Below, piece by piece: positions 57,760 through 64,000 of a stretch of 64,000 nt of DNA (positions are counted from its first letter, which is position 1; each line of letters starts with the position of its first letter). The notes under the pieces are model-generated. The model did no database searches. It was not told the DNA's origin and saw nothing but the letters and a program-made list of their open reading frames with translations. Both the position numbers and the translations under genes were made by a program. This DNA comes from Chloroflexota bacterium (GTDB taxonomy: Bacteria > Chloroflexota > UBA11872 > VXNJ01), in contig OZ253449.1 in assembly GCA_965261345.1 (NCBI GenBank), positions 96,001 to 160,000 on the forward strand, given 5' to 3'.

Positions 57760-58923
57760 ATGAATACGGCGGAAGATTCTGATTACCGGCCGCTGGCTGA
57801 CGTGCGCAAGAGCCTGCGGATCGAATGGTACCGGTCCCCGATCGACCGGACCGTCTTAAAGGAACTTTCGCGCCGCAGCGACTTCCAGGGTTGGGTGCAG
57901 GCCGGAGGCCACTTGGGCCTTTTTGCGTTCTTGGGTGCCCTGACCTACTTTTTCTGGTGGCACCAGATCTGGGTCGGATTCGCGCTGGCGCTATTTATCC
58001 ACGGCACGATCGGGAGCTTTTTCGTCGGCGTCGCCCCGCACGAGCTCGGCCACGGATCGGTGTTTCGGACCAAATGGCTAAACAGGTGGTTTAACTACGT
58101 CTTTTGCATGCTGGGTTGGTATGACCCCTTCGATTACAACGCCAGCCACACGTTTCACCACCGCTACACCCTGCACCCCGACGGCGACCGCGAGGTGCTG
58201 CTGCCGCTCAAGCCGACGGTGGGCAAATTCTTCCTGCTGCAGTTGTTTACGGTAAATTTCTTCACGCAGCCGGGACGGACCCTTGCCAAAGGGGGCCTGA
58301 TTTCGACCATCATCTTCACGGTCCGCACCGCATTGGGCCTGCACGGTCCGCAAGAAATCCCCTCCAATGAATGGTTAAAAGCGGTCCACGCCGACCAGCC
58401 GGCCGAATTCCGCAAGTCGATCCTCTGGGCTCGCTGGCAGCTGGCATTCCATGCCGCGATCGCGGTGGTCGCCGTCGCGACGGGGCAGTGGGTTTTGCCG
58501 ATCATCCTCACCTTCTTCCCCTTCATCGCCAACTGGGCCCAGTACTTCGTCGGCCTTCCCATGCACTGCGGGTTGAAGGACAATACGCCCGACTTTCGCA
58601 AGTGCGTTCGCAATATGACCGTAATTTGGCCGCTCGAATTTATCTATTGGCGCATGAACTGGCATCTTATACACCACATGTACGCCGGGGTGCCGTGCTA
58701 CAACCTCAAGAAGCTACATCAGGCAATCTCGAGTGACGTGCCCGAACCGCATACCCTGATCAGCGCCTGGCGCGAGATGTTCTACATTTGGGACCGCCAA
58801 AAGGAAGACCCCGACTACCAGTTCGACACGCCCCTGCCGGCGACCGCGAGACGGATCCGCGAAGACCCGCAAGACGAACTGGACAGGTCAATCGGCGACC
58901 TGGCGCCCGAAGGCCTGCGCTAG
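57760..58923 (+). CDS. Fatty-acid-desaturase-family paralog
   Basis: HELGH, HTFHH, HLIHH. Confidence 0.9.
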   Translation: MNTAEDSDYRPLADVRKSLRIEWYRSPIDRTVLKELSRRSDFQGWVQAGGHLGLFAFLGALTYFFWWHQIWVGFALALFIHGTIGSFFVGVAPHELGHGSVFRTKWLNRWFNYVFCMLGWYDPFDYNASHTFHHRYTLHPDGDREVLLPLKPTVGKFFLLQLFTVNFFTQPGRTLAKGGLISTIIFTVRTALGLHGPQEIPSNEWLKAVHADQPAEFRKSILWARWQLAFHAAIAVVAVATGQWVLPIILTFFPFIANWAQYFVGLPMHCGLKDNTPDFRKCVRNMTVIWPLEFIYWRMNWHLIHHMYAGVPCYNLKKLHQAISSDVPEPHTLISAWREMFYIWDRQKEDPDYQFDTPLPATARRIREDPQDELDRSIGDLAPEGLR

Positions 58924-59089
58924 AGAGAGATTTTCGGGCGCATAGCGCTCAACCTCCGATTACCCTGGCGTGGATACGCCGGCACAGTTCGGTTGGCGCG
59001 CCGATGGCGGCGGGGATCGCGTACTTGGCCTTGGTTAGGTGGCTGTTGGCCTTCTCTATCGGCAGCCGGACTATTGGCCAGGGGGTTTC

Positions 59090-59870
<781 letters not shown>

Positions 59871-59945
59871 TCAAGGTTGAGATTGGCGTCGGGTCCAATC
59901 GGAAATTCGCGTCAAATCCTGGGGCGCGGACGGCACTGATCAGGG

Positions 59946-60359
59946 TTACCGGGCTGCGCTGGCGCTCTCGAATGAGATCACTATCAGCTGCCGCAGCACC
60001 TGCGCGTCAACGTCCGCCAATTTGTTTATGTAAAGACATGCTGTGCTCGTGCGGTGCTTTCCGAGCCGGTCCATAAGTTGTTGATGGCCTTCGCGACCAT
60101 CGATGATGTAAAGCGTCAGGTTTTGCTTGCGCGGCGAAAAGCCGGTCAGGAACATATCGCCCTCGCGGCCCGATTCGTATTTGTAGTGGTAGTCGCCGAA
60201 CCCGATGATGCTCGGACCCCACATATCCGGTTCCAGACCGGTTATTTCCCGCATCATTTCCAGTACTTTTAATCCGTCCTCGCGCCGCCGCCGGTTCTGG
60301 ATCGCGGCCAGGAATTCATCGACGCTGGCGCCGGTCTTGCGGGTCTTGTTTTCAGCCAC
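59946..60359 (-). CDS. DUF1801-family protein
   Basis: MWGPSIIGFGDYHYKYESGREGD..GFSPRK..CLYINKL. Confidence 0.9.
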   Translation of the reverse strand: MAENKTRKTGASVDEFLAAIQNRRRREDGLKVLEMMREITGLEPDMWGPSIIGFGDYHYKYESGREGDMFLTGFSPRKQNLTLYIIDGREGHQQLMDRLGKHRTSTACLYINKLADVDAQVLRQLIVISFESASAAR

Positions 60360-60529
60360 GGGCCTGCAATCGTTTCCTTTTTACCACCTCAGGTCCGGGA
60401 GCCTTCAAGAGGGTCCCTGGTCCCAATCCGGCCAATCGCGGCGAAGTCGGTTCACGCAAATCTCGACCGGCGCTTCGCATATTGCGGTCCGGTCAGCAAT
60501 CGGCCAGCTGCGGATTTGCAGAAAATTCA

Positions 60530-61601
60530 CTACTGCAGCGCACCGGCTGCGGCGATAGGCCATTCTTCGGCCACCGCACCGTCGCGGCATGCATAGATCG
60601 TTCGGTGCAGCAGCACGGTGCTGTCGGAATAGTGCGGGATGACCTGAATCCGATCCCCGACCTGCAGCCGCTCGCCGCCATCCCGGGCCAGGCTCATATG
60701 CTCGGCGCTAAGCCCCGAACATTGCCAACCGGGCGGGCTCACCACCATCGGATTGCCGGTGTGCCGGCCGGTTGCCTTCCAACCGGCATCGCCGGCCGCC
60801 CGCTGCGGATTGGCGGCCGATATCACCTGGCAGATCAGACTTAGCGCGCGGCGGTGGCCCTCTACACCCATTTGCTCGTAGGTCACATCCATCAATGCGG
60901 CTCCGCCCGCCTGCAGTTCGGTGAGCACCCCTTGGGCGAGCACGAACCGATAGTTGCCGCTGCTGCCGCCGGACAGTACCCCGATCTCGTGGCCTGCTTC
61001 CTGGCACAGGTCGCCGGCGTTATTGAGGATGGCGGCCGAATTTGCGGCCTCGCGTTCCATTTCTTCTTCCGGCATGTGCATCACGTGGCCTTCATAACCC
61101 ATCAGGCCACGCAAGCGAACCCCGGAAAGATCGGATACGAGGCTTGCACAGCGGAGGCGCTTCTGCTGGCGTAACGCCACAACGGTGCAGGTTCACGTCG
61201 ATGTCCACCAGCACGTCGATAACGACTCCGGCGGCCGTGTCCGCGGCCCCAATTTCCCGGATATTGCTTTCATCCTCGGCGGCAACGCAAAGGGTTGCCG
61301 ACCGCGCCACCTCGATGAGGCGCTCGATCTTGGCCTTGCCGATGACCTCGTTGGCAATGAGGATGTCACTGACCCCGCCCCGGACCATCACCAGTGCCTC
61401 GGAGGCCTTGGCGCAGGTTATTCCGACCGCGCCGGCTTCTATCAGGCGCAGCGCCAGGGCCGGCGCCTTGGAGGCTTTAACGTGCGGGCGCCAAACAATG
61501 CCGGCATCGGTACAACTGGCCACCATCAAGCGCGCATTGTGGTCCAGCGCGTCCAGGTCCAACAGCAACGCGGGCGTGTCCAGTTCCTGCGGCGTTCTCA
61601 T
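60530..61601 (-). pseudogene. DSD1/D-threonine-aldolase-like PLP enzyme, frameshifted near 61170
   Basis: LDTPALLLDL, WRPHVK, HRCGV, GLMGYEGH, ELQAG. Confidence 0.85.
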
Positions 61602-62005
61602 CTCTGCCCCCGGTCGTGGCAATCGTAACGGAGGCGCGCGCCCTGGATTACCGGCCGGGCGCCGCCACCCACGTCGATCACCGGGGCCGACTGCGGCTTC
61701 TCCACGTTGGCAATCTACAGGACCGAGGCCCATCCCACGGTGGCATAGGCCAATTCCCGGGCCATGGCCCAAGGCGCGCCGATTGCGAATGACCAACTCT
61801 GGGGCCCAGGTTATGAGGCGGGATCACACGTCCCCGGGGACCCGGCTCCCGAGCCGGAATCCGGAATGACGGTGGGGCGAGCCTATGGTAAATTGACAGG
61901 GCGCGAAGGCTCGGTTACGCTGCGTGGTGCCCCAGCCTCGAACGACCGGGGGGCCGGGACCGGAGCTTTGCGCCGAGCTGCGGCTACCCATCACAGACAC
62001 GAGGT

Positions 62006-63079
62006 ATGTCGATGAGAGACGGACCAATGGCTGGGAAGGTGCAGACCGTTCAAGGGCCGATGGCCCCCGATGAACTGGGTATAACGCTCGCGCACGAGCA
62101 CCTGCTGATCGACCTGTCGCCAACCTACAACCCGCCCACCGGGGCCAGCGATCTTGACTTTTGGGAGAAACCGGTCTCAATCGAGACGTTGGGCCGCATC
62201 CGGCACCACTCCTCGCGCAATAGGGACAACACGATCCTGAGCGACATCCCCACCGCCGTGGACGAGATCAACCTATACCGGCAGTACGGGGGCGGGTCGC
62301 TCGTCGAGGCCACCAGCAACGGCATCGCACGCGACCCCCTCGGGCTGGCCCGAATCTCCCGTGCAACCGGTGTGAACGTGATAATGGGGTCATCGTACTA
62401 CGTAGACGCCACACATCCGCCCGATATGGACAGCCGCAGCGAGGAGGCTATCCAGGAGGAGATAGTGCGGGATGTAAACGACGGGGCGCAGGGTACGGCC
62501 ATACGGTCCGGCGTCATCGGGGAGATCGGTTGCTCGTGGCCCCTGACGGACAACGAGCGGAAGGTACTGCGCGCCTCGGCTCGCGCCCAGCGGATGACCG
62601 GAGCCCCGCTTCTCATACATCCCGGAAGGGACGAGACCGCGCCGCTGGAGATCCTAGAGGTACTAGATGAGGCGGGCGCCGACCTCAGTCGGACCATCAT
62701 GGGACACCTAGACCGCACCGTGTTTCTGCGAGAAATCCTGGGCCGGATCGCCGAATCGGGATGCTACCTGGAATGGGATCTGTTCGGCAGGGAGGAATCC
62801 CTGTACGCTTTCAACCCCAACATCGACATGCCCAGCGACGCCAAGCGGATGGACGACATCGCGTGGGCCGCGTCGAAAGGCCACGGCCGGAAGATCGTGG
62901 TGGCCCACGACATCTGCTCAAAGTACCGGCTCCACCGGTACGGTGGCCACGGATACTACTATCTGCTGGGCAACATAGCCCCAAGGATGAGCGCGCGCGG
63001 ATTCCCGTCCGAGCTGGTGGACGACATATTCGTCAACAACCCCCGCGACATCCTGACGTTTGTCGAGCCGCGGACCTGA
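62006..63079 (+). CDS. Phosphotriesterase-family protein
   Basis: LGITLAHEHL, GVIGEIG, IHPG, MGHLDR, AHDIC. Confidence 0.92.
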   Translation: MSMRDGPMAGKVQTVQGPMAPDELGITLAHEHLLIDLSPTYNPPTGASDLDFWEKPVSIETLGRIRHHSSRNRDNTILSDIPTAVDEINLYRQYGGGSLVEATSNGIARDPLGLARISRATGVNVIMGSSYYVDATHPPDMDSRSEEAIQEEIVRDVNDGAQGTAIRSGVIGEIGCSWPLTDNERKVLRASARAQRMTGAPLLIHPGRDETAPLEILEVLDEAGADLSRTIMGHLDRTVFLREILGRIAESGCYLEWDLFGREESLYAFNPNIDMPSDAKRMDDIAWAASKGHGRKIVVAHDICSKYRLHRYGGHGYYYLLGNIAPRMSARGFPSELVDDIFVNNPRDILTFVEPRT

Positions 63080-63106
63080 GATTCCACGCCGTTGACACCC
63101 CTGTAC

Positions 63107-64000
<894 letters not shown>

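Noticed and set aside
61845-61871. REP-like hairpin ccggctcccgagccgg..ggaatgac
   Set aside because: Single copy in the window; cannot be supported as a repeat family

Overview
A GC-rich bacterial chromosomal accessory region. The gene content (zinc-ribbon DEAD helicase, tandem desaturase-like genes, racemase, phosphotriesterase) is compatible with, but does not prove, a Chloroflexota-like organism. About 52 kb is a mobile-element and toxin-antitoxin/defence graveyard. It holds four group II introns, five IS110 copies plus a footprint, IS3, IS256, IS1182, IS1380 and IS5 elements, a 3.3-kb large-serine-recombinase (LSR) element, and about 10 intact or decayed TA modules. The last 12 kb is mostly catabolic genes. 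Main observations: (1) the LSR element sits between TTGG cores inside an IS110 gene. Its DUF5372-like gene is split across the two ends, so start codon and RBS join the gene body only on the excised circle, and the element also has a -1 frameshift signal. (2) At least 7 good (about 12 total) XerC/XerD dif-like 11-6-11 sites, nearly all co-oriented, bracket 1-2-gene TA/defence modules like a cassette array. (3) All four introns have non-canonical GAACAG...GAA ends, supported by empty-site reconstruction. (4) IS110 bridge-RNA target guides differ between copies and match each copy's own flanks. Many single-base frameshifts and one scrambled segment suggest that some lesions are assembly errors. 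No rRNA, tRNA or CRISPR array was seen. All family calls are from motif recognition, not database searches.
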